A stretch of 64,000 bases of DNA from Anaerolineales bacterium (GTDB taxonomy: Bacteria; Chloroflexota; Anaerolineae; Anaerolineales; RBG-16-64-43). The notes under the pieces are model-generated. The model saw only the letters and a program-made list of their open reading frames with translations. It did no database searches and had not been told where the DNA came from. The stretch spans positions 47,678 through 111,677 of the forward strand of contig DATEAT010000031.1 in NCBI GenBank assembly GCA_035288225.1, read 5' to 3'. A program made the translations under genes and the position numbers. Below are positions 1-9,252 of this stretch, piece by piece; the stretch's first letter is position 1; each line of letters starts with the position of its first letter.

Positions 1-345
1 AACCAGCTCCGCTGCCGCGTCGTCGATGCCGCCTCGGGCAAGCTGGCGCTGGGCGGCCAGCAGTTCACGACCACCGCTCTCGTCAAGACCGCTGCCGCCG
101 AGGTGCTGGTCATGTTACGGCCGGAGGAGCTGCACATGGGGGTGCGCGCGGGTGACAACAGCCTGACCGGGAAAGTCGAGTCGGTCGCCTTCCTCGGCTC
201 AGTTGTTCGCGTGCACCTCAAGCTGGGCGAGTCCGTGGTGACGCTGGATGCACTTAACGAGCGCAAACTGGTCCTGCCCAAGGTCGGGGAGGACCTGACG
301 GTGTCGTTCCCGCCGCACGGCTGCTGGGTCCTGGCGGGGGCCTAG
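1..345 (+). CDS. ABC transporter ATP-binding subunit, C-terminal fragment (TOBE-like domain); 5' part lies outside the window
   Basis: Frame 1 is open from base 1 to TAG 343-345. The tail GKVESVAFLGSVVRVHLKLGESVVTLD resembles the OB-fold TOBE domain that ends PotA/FbpC/MalK-type ATPases. Motif recognition only. Confidence 0.5.
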   Translation, partial: NQLRCRVVDAASGKLALGGQQFTTTALVKTAAAEVLVMLRPEELHMGVRAGDNSLTGKVESVAFLGSVVRVHLKLGESVVTLDALNERKLVLPKVGEDLTVSFPPHGCWVLAGA

Positions 346-470
346 CCACGCGGGTGGCGGCACGGCGCGCCGGGTTCGTCAGCAGACAAATCCGCGGGGG
401 CGCATGCTGCGCCCCGCCACCACCATGGATCGGTGCTCTTGCCGAACGTTGTGCCAACCTTCTTGGGGAG

Positions 471-1418
471 GTGATTTTGACTCGTATCTACTTTGCGACA
501 GATGTACACGGATCGGAAATCTGCTGGAAGAAATTCATCAGCGCCGGTAAGTTCTACGAGGCCAATATCCTCATCCTGGGCGGCGATATGACCGGCAAGG
601 CCATTGTGCCGATTGTGGCCCAGGGCAACGAGAAGTGGAAAGTGACTCTGCTCGATCAGGAGCAGATCCTCGAGGGGCGGGCCGCCGTCGACGCGATGGT
701 GCAGACCATTCAGAACCGGGGCTACTACCCCTACGTGACCACGCCCGATGAGGTGGCGCACATCAGCGCGACCCCCGGCCGCTCCGACGAGATATTTCTC
801 CAGGAGGCGCTCAAGGTAGTGCAGCGCTGGCTGGAATACGCGGACTCCAAGCTGGCCGGCACGGGCATGCGCTGCTACGTCTGCCCGGGCAACGATGACA
901 TGATGGAGATCGACCCCGTCCTTCGCGGCTCGAAGGTTGTGGAGATTGTAGAAGGCAAGGTCATCCACCTGGACGAGTATCACGAGATGATCTCCACCGG
1001 CTGGTCGAACCCCACTCCCTGGAACACCCACCGCGAGGAAAGTGAAGCAGCCCTCAAGGTGCGCATCGAGCCGATGATCGCTGAGCTGAGTGACATCCCC
1101 AACGCGGTGTTCAACCTGCACGCGCCGCCCTACGGCAGCGGGCTGGATGAGGCCCCCGAGCTCACCAAGGACTTGCGGCCGGCCTACGGCGGGCGCTCGA
1201 TCGTACCTGTAGGCAGCAAGACGGTGTTAGAGCTTATTGAGAAGCACAAGCCCCTGCTGGGGCTGTTTGGGCACATTCATGAAGGCAAGGGCACGCGCAA
1301 GTTCGGCCGCACGCTGTGCATCAACCCGGGCAGTATGTACGAGCAGGGCATGCTGGTTGGGGCGGTGGTGGACCTCAAGCCCAAGGCGGTTGGCAATTAC
1401 CTGATGGCCACGGGCTGA
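471..1418 (+). CDS. metallophosphoesterase family protein
   Basis: ORF 354..1418 carries the calcineurin-like phosphoesterase motifs DVHG, GGDMTGK, GNDD and GHIHEG. Start placed at GTG 471 (or TTG 477) right after GGGGAG at 465-470. The upstream part of the ORF is Arg/Ala-rich filler. Confidence 0.75.
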   Translation: MILTRIYFATDVHGSEICWKKFISAGKFYEANILILGGDMTGKAIVPIVAQGNEKWKVTLLDQEQILEGRAAVDAMVQTIQNRGYYPYVTTPDEVAHISATPGRSDEIFLQEALKVVQRWLEYADSKLAGTGMRCYVCPGNDDMMEIDPVLRGSKVVEIVEGKVIHLDEYHEMISTGWSNPTPWNTHREESEAALKVRIEPMIAELSDIPNAVFNLHAPPYGSGLDEAPELTKDLRPAYGGRSIVPVGSKTVLELIEKHKPLLGLFGHIHEGKGTRKFGRTLCINPGSMYEQGMLVGAVVDLKPKAVGNYLMATG

Positions 1419-1604
1419 TCCGTCTAGGGACCCTGGGCCCGGCAGGCGCAGCGGCCGGGGAAAGGAGGCGGTTCTCAAGATCTGAGCCAACGAGATTTTG
1501 TGCGACCAGGGGTTGGTCGTCGCGATTGAGAGCACGAGCAACTGTCGACGCAGACCGGCACACCTGGCGGCTCGCGCCGGCAAGTCCTGTAGAGGAGAAT
1601 CGCA

Positions 1605-3473
1605 ATGTCCGAAGCCACCCTGTTTGTGCGCAAGGCGTCCGGCCTGGTGCGGGCCTGGTCGGTCTTCGACGCATTTGTCTACGCCACGTTCTCCATTAAC
1701 CTCATTACCCTCGGTTTGTTCATCTTCTCCTATTGCTGGTACTTCGGCGGCAATCTGGCTACGGCCATCGTTCTGGGCGCCATCTTCACCGTCTTCGAAG
1801 TGGTGGTCTACGCCAGCCTGATTTCGATCATGCCGCGCGCCGGCGGCGACTACGTCTGGCAAAGCCGCATCCTGGGGCGCGGCTTGGGCTTCATCCTCAC
1901 CGTCACCGGATGGTGGTTCATCCTGTGGCTGTGGGTGCCACTCTACGGCCAGATTCTGACCTACGAGTTCTTCACGCCGATCCTCGGCATCCTGGGCCTG
2001 AAGGACGCCGCGCTGTGGTTCACCAATACCAACATCGGCTTGCTGGTGGCCATGCTCACAGTGTGCGCGCTGGTGTTCGTGTACATCGGGGTCGGCATGA
2101 AGTGGTATGCGCGCATCCAGAAGTTCTGCTTCTGGGGCGGCGTCGTTGGGTTGGCAGCGGTCTTCGGCCTGCTGCTCTTCAACAACAATGCCGGTTTCAT
2201 CGCCGCCTTCAACGCGGCTGCCCCCAAGTTCGGAGCTGCGCCGGGCGATACGTACAACGCCATTGTCGCGGCGGGCGATGCGGCGGGCACCATTCCAGGC
2301 TCAATGTGGCCGCTGGCGATCGGGGCGAGTATTGCTCTTGTGCCCATGCTCACCTTCTTCAACCTGTGGCCGAACTGGGGTTCCACCCTGTACGGTGAAG
2401 TGCGCGGCGCCTCCGACTACAAGCGCAACTTCTGGGGCATGACCTCGGCCATCATCGTCACCACCGTGCTAGGCGTGATCTTTGCCCTGCTCATCGGCAA
2501 GACGCTGGGCTGGGATTTCTACCAGAAGGCCAACGGGGCATTCTGGAGCAACATCTTCTACGGCACCGAGACGCCGCTGCCGATCTGGCCCTACCCGGCG
2601 CTGTTGGCGGCCTTCATGGTCAAGAGCCCAGCTATCCAGTTCATCATCGTGCTGCTGATGAGCCTGTGGTGGTTCGGCTGGTCGGGCACGGTGTTCCTCA
2701 GCTCCACCCGGGTCATCTTCGCCGCGGCCTTCGACCGCATGCTGCCCGAGTGGGCTTCCAAGGTCGATGAGCGCACCAAGACGCCGGTCAACGCGCTGCT
2801 GCTGATGGTCATCCCCTCAGTGATCATCTCGATCATGTACGCGTTCAACTGGCTCAGCTTCCGCACCCTGGTGCTGGATGCCACGGTGGTGATCGCGATC
2901 ACCTTCCTCGGTACGACGGTGGCGGCCACCATCCTGCCATGGCGGCAGAAGGCGATGTTCGAGGGCTCGCCTGTTTCCAGGAACCGAGTGTCCGGCTGGC
3001 TGAGCTGGCTGGTCTTGCTGGCCTACCTGGTGGGCGCGGCGTACCTGATCTTCACATCCTTTAAGTACGCCTGGGCAATCATCGGCGGCATGGGAGCCGT
3101 CGGTGCCAACTGGCTCACCTGGGCCATCGTGGTCTTGCTTGGCGTGCTGACGGTGATCAACGCGGCGGTCCTGGTGTGGGTTCTGTACTACGTCGGCAAG
3201 CGCATCGTCGTGGGCGAGAAGATGCCGATGGTGACATTGGCAGGGCTGATCTTCTTGTTCTTCCTCGACTGGCTGCTGGTCGTATGGTTCTGGGATCCCA
3301 CCACCGCGGATGGGGTAGCAAGCTATGGCATCGGCTGGTCGAACGTGACCTCGATGGCGTTCATGGTGCTCAACTACGCGCTGGCGGCGGCAATCTACTT
3401 CGGCTTCAACGCCTACCGCAAGCGCCAGGGCGTCAACGTCGATATGCTGTTCAAGGAAATCCCGGTCGAGTAA
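1605..3473 (+). CDS. APC-superfamily amino acid/polyamine/organocation permease
   Basis: A 622-aa, highly hydrophobic multi-helix protein with an APC-like N-terminal region. AGAGGAG RBS at 1591-1597 precedes ATG 1605. Confidence 0.8.
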   Translation: MSEATLFVRKASGLVRAWSVFDAFVYATFSINLITLGLFIFSYCWYFGGNLATAIVLGAIFTVFEVVVYASLISIMPRAGGDYVWQSRILGRGLGFILTVTGWWFILWLWVPLYGQILTYEFFTPILGILGLKDAALWFTNTNIGLLVAMLTVCALVFVYIGVGMKWYARIQKFCFWGGVVGLAAVFGLLLFNNNAGFIAAFNAAAPKFGAAPGDTYNAIVAAGDAAGTIPGSMWPLAIGASIALVPMLTFFNLWPNWGSTLYGEVRGASDYKRNFWGMTSAIIVTTVLGVIFALLIGKTLGWDFYQKANGAFWSNIFYGTETPLPIWPYPALLAAFMVKSPAIQFIIVLLMSLWWFGWSGTVFLSSTRVIFAAAFDRMLPEWASKVDERTKTPVNALLLMVIPSVIISIMYAFNWLSFRTLVLDATVVIAITFLGTTVAATILPWRQKAMFEGSPVSRNRVSGWLSWLVLLAYLVGAAYLIFTSFKYAWAIIGGMGAVGANWLTWAIVVLLGVLTVINAAVLVWVLYYVGKRIVVGEKMPMVTLAGLIFLFFLDWLLVVWFWDPTTADGVASYGIGWSNVTSMAFMVLNYALAAAIYFGFNAYRKRQGVNVDMLFKEIPVE

Positions 3474-3583
3474 GACGAGCGCGGAAAGCTATCCAGCCCT
3501 CGGCGGGCCTCCGCCCGCTGAGGGTTGCGCTCGGCACGCGAAAATCTACGGCCCAGAGTGGGCCGGGCACACTTCCGGGGAGG

Positions 3584-3629
3584 GAAGGGCGGACAGGCTC
3601 ATGCGAGCTGACCGCCCTTCGTTTGTGTC
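3584..3629 (+). terminator. possible terminator after the APC permease gene
   Basis: GAAGGGCGG (3584-3592) pairs with CCGCCCTTC (3612-3620), followed by GTTTGTGTCT. The large 19-nt loop weakens the call. Confidence 0.3.
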
Positions 3630-3728
3630 TCCCGGGCGCCGCGAGGTTGCGCCTCGAGCCAGTACAATGCTTCCGTCGTGAGATCCGACCGGCGGCGCCG
3701 GATCACCTTCGATGTGGGAGAATCTTCG

Positions 3729-4541
3729 ATGGCCAAAGTCGTGCTGGTGGTGTGCGATGGCTTGCGCGACGATACCGCGCGCGAACAGATGGGCTACCTG
3801 TGGCACCTGGTGGAAACCCGCCAGGCGACGCGCTTCACGGTGATTGCCGAGCTGCCCACCATGTCGCGGCCGCTGTATGAGACGATCTGCACCGGCACAC
3901 CGGTCAGCACGCACGGCGTCACCAGCAACCTGGTGGTGCGGCGCTCGACCATGCCCAACCTGTTTGGGCAGGCGGTGAAGCACAAGCGCACAACGGCTGC
4001 GGCTGCCTACTATTGGTTTTCCGAGCTGTATATCCGTGCCCCGTATGACTTCATCGTCGACCGCGAGACGGACGACCCGCAGCAGATCATCCAGCACGGG
4101 CGCTTCTACTTCGACGACCCGACTCCCGACCGCGAAGTGTTTGCGATGGGCGCCCACCTCATCCACCGCTTCGCGCCGGATTTCATCTTGATTCACCCCA
4201 TGGGCATGGACCACATGGGTGAGACACACGGCTCGGATTCGCCCGAGTACCGCAACAATGCCATCTTCCAGGATGTCATCCTGGCGACGCTTATCCCGCA
4301 GTGGAAGCTGGCCGGCTATACGGTGCTGGTCACTGCTGACCACGGCATCACCAACGACCGCATGCACGGCGGCATCCTGCCCGGCAACCGCAACGTCCCG
4401 CTGTACATTCTCACGCCGCAGGGAAAGGGCCGCGGGGCGATCGCCGCGCCAGCCGCTCAATTGCAGCTTGCGCCCACGGTGTGCAAGCTGCTCGGCGTGC
4501 CTATTCCCGCAACCATGAAGAGCCCGGCCCTGCGCCTGTAG
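3729..4541 (+). CDS. alkaline-phosphatase-superfamily protein (type I phosphodiesterase/nucleotide pyrophosphatase-like)
   Basis: Contains VVCDGLRDD (metal-binding Asp), MSRPLYETICTG and TADHGITNDRMHGG motifs. Start trimmed to ATG 3729, 8 nt after GGGAG (3716-3720). Confidence 0.7.
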   Translation: MAKVVLVVCDGLRDDTAREQMGYLWHLVETRQATRFTVIAELPTMSRPLYETICTGTPVSTHGVTSNLVVRRSTMPNLFGQAVKHKRTTAAAAYYWFSELYIRAPYDFIVDRETDDPQQIIQHGRFYFDDPTPDREVFAMGAHLIHRFAPDFILIHPMGMDHMGETHGSDSPEYRNNAIFQDVILATLIPQWKLAGYTVLVTADHGITNDRMHGGILPGNRNVPLYILTPQGKGRGAIAAPAAQLQLAPTVCKLLGVPIPATMKSPALRL

Positions 4542-4601
4542 GCCGGCCTTACCATCTTCGCCCGCCGGACGCAGCGGCGGGAGCCCCGAGGGCATTCACG
4601 C

Positions 4602-6062
4602 ATGACAACGACCTACGCAACCTTTCTGACTGGCGATGATCTGCGCCAGGTGCACGAGGCTTCGCTTGAGATTCTCGAACACGTGGGTATGCTGGTGCGC
4701 AACGAGAAGGCGCACGCCCTCTTCGCGCGCCACGGGTGCCTGACCCAAGCAGGCAGCCCGCTGGTGAAGTTTCCGCGCAGGGTGATTGAGGAATTCCGCG
4801 CGAGTATGCCGCCCACCTTCACTTTCCACGCGCGCGATCCGCGCTTCGATCGCACCCTGCCGAAGGATGCGCCCGTGATCATCACCGGCAGTTCGGCGCC
4901 GAACCTGATCGACCCGGTCACCGGCAAGGAGCGGCGCGCGACCTCGGAGGATATTGCCCGCATTGCGCGGCTGGTCAACGAGCTGCCGGGCTACGACGTG
5001 TTCTCGATTTCGACTTTGGCGGAAGATGCACCGCCGGGTTATTACAGCTTGGCGCGCCTGATGCCCACGCTGAAGAACTGCCTCAAGCCCCTACGCATCA
5101 GTTCGCTGGATGAAGAAGATGCCGGCCGCACGCTGCGCCTAGGCGCCCTGGTCGCCGGCAGCGAGGCGGCTTACCGCGACCATCCCTTCATCACGCATCA
5201 CACCTGCCCGGTCGTTTCGCCACTCACCTTCGACGTGGATTCGACCGAGATGCTGCTCTACTACGTCGAGCGCGGTTACCCGTATTACGGCTCGATCGTA
5301 CCCAACGCCGGGTTGACCTCGCCCATGTCGCTGCCGGCCACCCTGGCCCAGGGCAACGCCGAATTCCTGGCTTACGGCGCGCTGACCGAGATGGTGAAGC
5401 CCGGCAGCCCGCTCATCTACAGCACGTTGCCGACCGTGGCCGATATGCGCACGGGCGCCTATGCCCCGGGCGGCATCGAGTGCGCCATGCTGCACATGGG
5501 ATTCGCCCAGATGGCCCGCTTCTATAATGTGCCGTGCGGCGGCTACATCGGGTTGACCAACTCGAAGGTCAACGATGCCCAGGCGGGGTACGAGACCGGT
5601 ATGTCGGTCGTCGCCGGGCTGCTGGGCGGCGTGGGCATGTTCAACATGTCGGGGCTTCTGGATTCGCTGCTGGCCTTCGACTTCGCCAAGGCCGTTATCG
5701 ACGATGAGATTGCCATGATGCTGCGGCGCCTCGGGCGCGGGTTCGAGTTCGCGCGCACGGAAATGGCGCTGGACGTGCTTGCCGAAGTGGGCCCGGGTGG
5801 CACGTTCATGTTCCACGAGCACACCGTGGAGCACATGCGCAGCGCGAACTACGTCCCGACATTGGCGGACCGCGACCCGCGCGAAAAGTGGGCCGAGAGC
5901 GGCGGGCTCGATACCCAGGCGCGGGCCATGCAGCGGGTTCGCCAGATGCTCACCCGCGAGTACGACTGCTGTCTGGCACCCGAGACCGAGGCGCGCATCC
6001 GCGCCGAATTCAAAGACATGGTGCGCGGCGATTGCCTGCCGCCGGCAGAGTGGGCGAAGTAG
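4602..6062 (+). CDS. MttB-family (trimethylamine methyltransferase family) protein, non-pyrrolysine type
   Basis: 486 aa, with an MttB-like N-terminus (TFLTGDDLRQVHEASLEILEHVGMLV) and full family-typical length. The ORF is uninterrupted, with no in-frame TAG. Confidence 0.85.
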   Translation: MTTTYATFLTGDDLRQVHEASLEILEHVGMLVRNEKAHALFARHGCLTQAGSPLVKFPRRVIEEFRASMPPTFTFHARDPRFDRTLPKDAPVIITGSSAPNLIDPVTGKERRATSEDIARIARLVNELPGYDVFSISTLAEDAPPGYYSLARLMPTLKNCLKPLRISSLDEEDAGRTLRLGALVAGSEAAYRDHPFITHHTCPVVSPLTFDVDSTEMLLYYVERGYPYYGSIVPNAGLTSPMSLPATLAQGNAEFLAYGALTEMVKPGSPLIYSTLPTVADMRTGAYAPGGIECAMLHMGFAQMARFYNVPCGGYIGLTNSKVNDAQAGYETGMSVVAGLLGGVGMFNMSGLLDSLLAFDFAKAVIDDEIAMMLRRLGRGFEFARTEMALDVLAEVGPGGTFMFHEHTVEHMRSANYVPTLADRDPREKWAESGGLDTQARAMQRVRQMLTREYDCCLAPETEARIRAEFKDMVRGDCLPPAEWAK

Positions 6063-6142
6063 CCGCACGACCGCCGCTGCACGCATCGATCGCCGGGCCG
6101 GCTTGGGCCAGCCCGGTCCGCCTCTAAGGGAGTTCCGCCCGC

Positions 6143-7009
6143 GTGTCGCCGCTCAGCCTGGCCCTGCTGCTGCTCTCAGCCTGCGTGCACGTGGTGGCGC
6201 ACGTGGCGCTCAAACGGGCCCGTGACCGCACCGCGCTCATGTGGTGGTTCATGGCCTGGGGCACGCTGCTCTATCTGCCGGTCGTGTTTCTGGTGCGCCG
6301 GCCGCTGCTGCCCAGTACCTGGATTTGGATCGCCTTGAGCTCTGTCTTCGAAGCCGGCTACTTCTGGGCCATCGCCCAGGCCTACCGCGGCGGCGATCTG
6401 TCAACGGTCTATCCACTGGCGCGAGGCGTTGCGCCGATGTTCCTGCTCATTTGGTCGGGGCTGGTGTTGCGCGAACGGCTGACGGCGTGGGGGATCGCCG
6501 GCGTGGCCCTGATCGCCGTTGGACTTTACCTGGCGAATCTTTCACGCCTCGGGGACTGGAGCGAACCCTGGCGGGCGCTGCGCCGGGCCTCGCCGCGTTG
6601 GGCGCTGGCCGCCGGATTCTTCACCTCGCTCTACACCGCGGTCGATAAGGTAGGCATCCGCGGCGTTGACCCGCTTCTCTACACGTACCTAGCCTTCGTG
6701 ACCACCACGCTGTGGCTCACGCCGCTGACCCTTCTGCGCGTGGGCTGGCAGGGATTGAGACGCGAACTGAGCGCCTCGCGCTGGGCGGCGCCCTTGGCCG
6801 GCCTCACCACCCTGGCCGCCTATGCGCTTGTGCTTTACGCCATGCAGTTGGGCACGCCCGCCGGCTATGCCGGCGCGGTGCGCGAGGTGAGCGTCGTGCT
6901 CGGGGCGGGCATCGGGGTGTGGTTTCTTCGCGAGCGCGGCGGCCCGGTGCGCGTTGTGGGCGCGGCGTTGGTGGCAGCCGGCGTGGTGGTCATCGGGCTG
7001 CTCGGGTAG
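6143..7009 (+). CDS. DMT-superfamily (EamA-like) transporter
   Basis: 288 aa with about 10 hydrophobic helices in two EamA-like halves. GTG start follows AAGGGAG (6126-6132). Confidence 0.75.
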   Translation: MSPLSLALLLLSACVHVVAHVALKRARDRTALMWWFMAWGTLLYLPVVFLVRRPLLPSTWIWIALSSVFEAGYFWAIAQAYRGGDLSTVYPLARGVAPMFLLIWSGLVLRERLTAWGIAGVALIAVGLYLANLSRLGDWSEPWRALRRASPRWALAAGFFTSLYTAVDKVGIRGVDPLLYTYLAFVTTTLWLTPLTLLRVGWQGLRRELSASRWAAPLAGLTTLAAYALVLYAMQLGTPAGYAGAVREVSVVLGAGIGVWFLRERGGPVRVVGAALVAAGVVVIGLLG

Positions 7010-7050
7010 CGGGGCTGCATGGCCGGCGTCGCGGACTTCGGGAGTAAGAA

Positions 7051-7076
7051 AACCAGCAGGCGTGAGCCTGCTGGTT
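7051..7076 (-). terminator. intrinsic terminator hairpin downstream of the aminotransferase gene
   Basis: AACCAGCAGGC (7051-7061), GTGA loop, GCCTGCTGGTT (7066-7076). On the minus strand the stem is followed by TTCTTACT, giving a U-rich tail. Confidence 0.6.
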
Positions 7077-7134
7077 CCCTGTATGGCAAGCTATGTGGGT
7101 CGCCTTGTTGGGCGGGCAGCGGAGAGACATCCCT

Positions 7135-7157
7135 CCTCACCCCGTGCCCCCCTCTCC
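7135..7157. repeat. dispersed repeat family B half-copy
   Basis: CCTCACCCCGTGCCCCCCTCTCC matches the long arm at 36635-36657. No partner arm follows. Confidence 0.5.
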
Positions 7158-7167
7158 TTGAAGAAGA

Positions 7168-7258
7168 CCTCACCCCTCCCCTGGATGGAATCTCACGCAT
7201 CGCGGATCGTGCTCGTCGGGGGAGGGCTAGGGGGCCTGCCCTCGGAACGAGGGTGGGG
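7168..7258. repeat. dispersed repeat family C copy (~90 nt, CCCCTCCCC ... GGGGGAGGG hairpin followed by GGGGGCCTGCCCT.GGAACGAGGGTGGGG)
   Basis: Aligns along its length with 36757-36845, sharing CCCCTCCCC.GGAT.GA..TCT, TCGCGG, and GGGGGAGGG.T.GGGGGCCTGCCCT.GGAACGAGGGTGGGG. Confidence 0.7.
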
Positions 7259-7289
7259 TAAATGCCAGTCTGCCTGCTCCCGCATGCTC

Positions 7290-8390
7290 CTACCCGCCGT
7301 AGAACTCGCGCGCCACCCTGACCATCATGTCGTTCTCTTCCTTGCTGCCGATGGTCAGGCGCCACCAGCCGTCGCGCCCGTACATGTCTTCCTGCCCGCG
7401 CAGGATGATGCCCTTCTTTAGCGCGTAGTCGATCAGGTCCTTGCCCTTCTTGCCGGTGTCGGTCCCGTCGAAGAGCATGTAGTTGCCGTAAGAGTGGAAG
7501 GCCTGCAGGCCCTTGATCGCACCCAGCTGCTCCTCAAACATCTCGATCGACATGTTGTTGTGCTCGACGCGTGTCTTCAGCCCATCGGTATCTTCGAAGG
7601 CCGCCAGCGCCGCCCACATCGGGATGGTGCCTACATTCCACGGGATGAGAGTAGCCGCCAACTGGTCGATAACCGGTTTGGCCGCCAGGCAGTAGCCGAA
7701 GCGCAGGCCGGCCAGGCCGTAGGCCTTGGAGAGCGTGCGCGTGATGATGACGTTCTCGTACTTCTTAGTTAGCGCCACCTGCGACTTGCCCAGGCCGGCG
7801 AATTCGACGTAAGCCTCGTCCACGATGAAGGGCAGCCCCTTCTCCGCGATCGTGACAAACGCGTCGGCATCCATGAAGTTGCCGGTGGGGTTGTTCGGGT
7901 TGGCGATGACGATAGCCTTGGTCTTGGGCGTGATGGCGCCCATCACGGCCTGCGGGTCGAAGCGCAGCTCGCCGTCTTTGTAGACCATGGGCACCGACAC
8001 CAGCTTGCCGCCCACCACCAGGCAGCGCAGCTTGTAGATGCCGAAGCAGGGCGTGTGCTGGATGAGCTCGTCGCCCGGGCCGATCAGGCTGCGCCAGATC
8101 ATGTCGTAGATCTCGCTCGAGCCGTTGCCCAGCATCACGTTCTCGGGCCCGGCCAGGCCGTTGACCTCGGCGATCTTGGCGCGCACCACCAGCCCCTGAT
8201 CCGGATAGCGGTTGGCCATGCGCCCGTACTTTTGAATGGCGGCCTCCACCCTGGCGGAGGGCGGCAAAGGATTCTCGTTCGACATCATGCGTTTGAGAGC
8301 GGGCGACTTCCAGGCCAGCTCGATGTGCGAGGAGATGTACATCTTCTGGCCCTTCATCCACGGGGTGTAGTACTCTTCCATCTTCTTCAT
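7290..8390 (-). CDS. class I/II pyridoxal-phosphate aminotransferase (histidinol-phosphate aminotransferase-like)
   Basis: Carries a HisC-like MSNENPLPP box, IANPNNPTG, and the PLP-lysine motif TLSKAYGLAGLRFGY. Start trimmed to ATG 8390 (MKKMEEYY) behind AAGGAG. The 180-aa upstream extension in the track is Arg-rich filler that overlaps the GntR gene. Confidence 0.85.
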   Translation of the reverse strand: MKKMEEYYTPWMKGQKMYISSHIELAWKSPALKRMMSNENPLPPSARVEAAIQKYGRMANRYPDQGLVVRAKIAEVNGLAGPENVMLGNGSSEIYDMIWRSLIGPGDELIQHTPCFGIYKLRCLVVGGKLVSVPMVYKDGELRFDPQAVMGAITPKTKAIVIANPNNPTGNFMDADAFVTIAEKGLPFIVDEAYVEFAGLGKSQVALTKKYENVIITRTLSKAYGLAGLRFGYCLAAKPVIDQLAATLIPWNVGTIPMWAALAAFEDTDGLKTRVEHNNMSIEMFEEQLGAIKGLQAFHSYGNYMLFDGTDTGKKGKDLIDYALKKGIILRGQEDMYGRDGWWRLTIGSKEENDMMVRVAREFYGG

Positions 8391-8454
8391 GAAGCAACTC
8401 CTTAGGTGGGGTGAGCGCGCGAGGCGCCCTTGAGTATGAGCCAGAACCGGGGCC

Positions 8455-9243
8455 TCAGGTGCGGGCCGCCGGCGCCAGTAATTCCCGACGGTACTGACCG
8501 GCCTCGACTTTGAACACGTAGCGATCGCCACGATAGTAGGACTGCAACACCTCCAGGCATTGGTTTTGCGAGGTATAGGCCAGGCTCTCCAGGAACATGC
8601 ACGGCACCTCCTGGCTGATGCCGAGCTTGAGGGCCACCTGTTTGGCGGGGCGAACGGCGCGCAGGGTCTGCGTCGAGTGGTGAAGGTCCGCGCCGAATTC
8701 GTTGACCAGCAGTTGATAGAGCGAGCCGCGCAGGTCCATCTCGAGGAGCCGCCCGAAATCGCGAAAGCTGTAATGCGAACGCTCGAGAACCAACGGCACC
8801 TTCTCGGCAATGCGCAGCCGCTCGACACGCACCACCCAGTCGCCCGGCCCGAGCGCCATGCGCGCCGCCACCTCCCCCGGCGCTTTGACCTTTTCCTTCG
8901 ACAGGATCGTGTCTTCGATCTCAACCGCATGGCGTTGGAAGTCGTCGACGAAGCTGGTCATGCGCCCGAGCTGGTGTGTGGGCAAGAGCGCCGTGCCGCG
9001 CACCACGAAGTTGCCGATGCCCTTGCGCTTCTCGACCAGCCCGCTTTGCACCAGCAGCGCAATCGCCTGGCGCACAGTATTGCGGTTGAGCCGGAACTGC
9101 CGCGCCAGATGGCTTTCGGAGGGCAGTTTGGCCCCCACGGCGAATTGGCGCTCAACGATCTTGGCCTCGGCCCAATTGGCGAGCTGCAAGTAGATCGGCA
9201 GGGGGCTGGAGCGATCAAAGGTGTCGGGCGATTCTGTATACAT
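8455..9243 (-). CDS. GntR-family transcriptional regulator, HutC/UTRA subfamily
   Basis: N-terminal winged HTH (LPSESHLARQFRLNRNTVRQAIALLVQSGLVEKRKGIGNFV) followed by a UTRA-like effector domain. Lies 64 nt upstream of the aminotransferase on the same strand. Confidence 0.9.
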   Translation of the reverse strand: MYTESPDTFDRSSPLPIYLQLANWAEAKIVERQFAVGAKLPSESHLARQFRLNRNTVRQAIALLVQSGLVEKRKGIGNFVVRGTALLPTHQLGRMTSFVDDFQRHAVEIEDTILSKEKVKAPGEVAARMALGPGDWVVRVERLRIAEKVPLVLERSHYSFRDFGRLLEMDLRGSLYQLLVNEFGADLHHSTQTLRAVRPAKQVALKLGISQEVPCMFLESLAYTSQNQCLEVLQSYYRGDRYVFKVEAGQYRRELLAPAART

Positions 9244-9251
9244 GTGTATAC
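9236..9251. promoter_or_regulatory. candidate GntR/HutC operator: two GTATAC palindromes one helical turn apart
   Basis: GTATAC at 9236-9241 and 9246-9251 flank and overlap the GntR start codon and predicted TSS. This fits the generic GntR GT-N-AC half-site logic. Confidence 0.4.
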
Positions 9252-9252
9252 A

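Noticed and set aside
3497-3524. Hairpin CCCTCGGCGGGC-CTCC-GCCCGCTGAGGG after the APC permease as a terminator.
   Set aside because: It has a good stem but no U-rich tail (TTGCGC follows). The weaker candidate at 3584-3629 at least has a GTTTGTGT tail. Neither is strong.
4602-6062. Possibility that the MttB-family gene encodes pyrrolysine (in-frame UAG).
   Set aside because: The ORF is continuous for 486 codons at full family length, with no internal TAG. No pyl genes are seen in the window. It is therefore treated as a non-Pyl MttB homologue.
8391-8930. The 180-codon N-terminal extension of the aminotransferase ORF (track ORF 7290..8930), and similar 5' extensions of ORFs 354.., 13155.., 15099.., 31325.., 32656.., 36949.., 39408.., 59782.. 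and 62064..
   Set aside because: The extensions are Arg-rich, overlap neighbouring real genes and lack homology-like motifs. In each case an internal ATG/GTG preceded by a GGAGG-type RBS coincides with the canonical family N-terminus.
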